NCBI GenBank assembly: GCA_000686145.1
Contig: JMMB01000001.1
Coordinates: forward strand, 1-24,000
Source: Peptostreptococcaceae bacterium VA2
GTDB taxonomy: Bacteria; Bacillota; Clostridia; Peptostreptococcales; Peptostreptococcaceae
Direction: 5' to 3'
DNA: 24,000 nucleotides
Shown here: piece by piece, positions 23,906-24,000 of the stretch
Layout: every line of letters starts with the position of its first letter
Numbering within the stretch: the stretch's first letter is position 1
Position numbers and translations under genes: made by a program
Notes under the pieces: generated by a model
Databases searched by the model: none
What the model saw: only the letters and a program-made list of their open reading frames with translations
Told to the model about the DNA's origin: nothing

Positions 23906-24000
23906 ATGTATAAGAAATCATTTTATAATTTAGAGGTTGAAAACTTTGAAGATAATAACGTACTAATGTATAATTCATTATCTAATGCTATAGGTATAAT
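23906..24000 (+). CDS. 5' end of a probable peptide-modifying radical SAM/SPASM maturase (partial)
   Basis: RBS GGAGGA. MYKKSFYNLEVENFEDNNVLMYNSLSNAIGI resembles the N-terminal peptide-recognition region of rSAM RiPP maturases. The CxxxCxxC motif would lie beyond the window, so this call rests on context. Confidence 0.35.
   Translation, partial: MYKKSFYNLEVENFEDNNVLMYNSLSNAIGI

Overview
Very AT-rich, Clostridium-like DNA with GGAGG-type ribosome-binding sites; taxonomy is inferred from composition and gene families only. The two edges belong to one Cys-rich RiPP locus. On the left are a multiply frameshifted ABC exporter (1-1133) and a degenerate precursor paralog (1184-1294). On the right are an S41 peptidase (22185-23492, minus), an intact 55-aa precursor with 8 Cys (23660-23827) and the start of a probable maturase (23906->). 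Between them lies about 20.7 kb of mosaic accessory DNA, bracketed by two directly oriented, decayed paralogous serine-recombinase genes (1426-2180 and 21368-21911). The accessory DNA contains five parts. (i) A cluster of small standalone genes at 2591-7866: an Mrr-N-like protein, a membrane protein, a wHTH protein, a PBECR4-like nuclease and an HTH protein with iteron-like sites. (ii) Two ~0.85-0.9 kb non-coding paralogs in inverted orientation (7879-8786 and 11270-12100), with island-wise conservation and compensatory base changes, flanking a NUDIX / decayed amidase / HTH cassette. (iii) Short cassettes at 12254-15049: a CPBP protease, a zinc-ribbon protein, a small membrane protein and a DUF1659-DUF2922-YvrJ trio. 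These are separated by MITE-like inverted repeats, a perfect 48-bp palindrome and a recurring ~27-nt motif. (iv) A co-directional minus-strand block at 15154-20921: an AEP-like Rep, three proteins of unknown function, an LRAT/NlpC-P60-like protein with a glycine-zipper and coiled-coil tail, and a Mor-like regulator. (v) A 264-bp TIR element that truncates the second recombinase. I saw no rRNA, tRNA or CRISPR array. The best candidates for something undescribed are the paired large structured non-coding elements and the Rep-linked four-gene block ending in the LRAT-like protein. All homology calls come from motif recognition by eye, not from searches.
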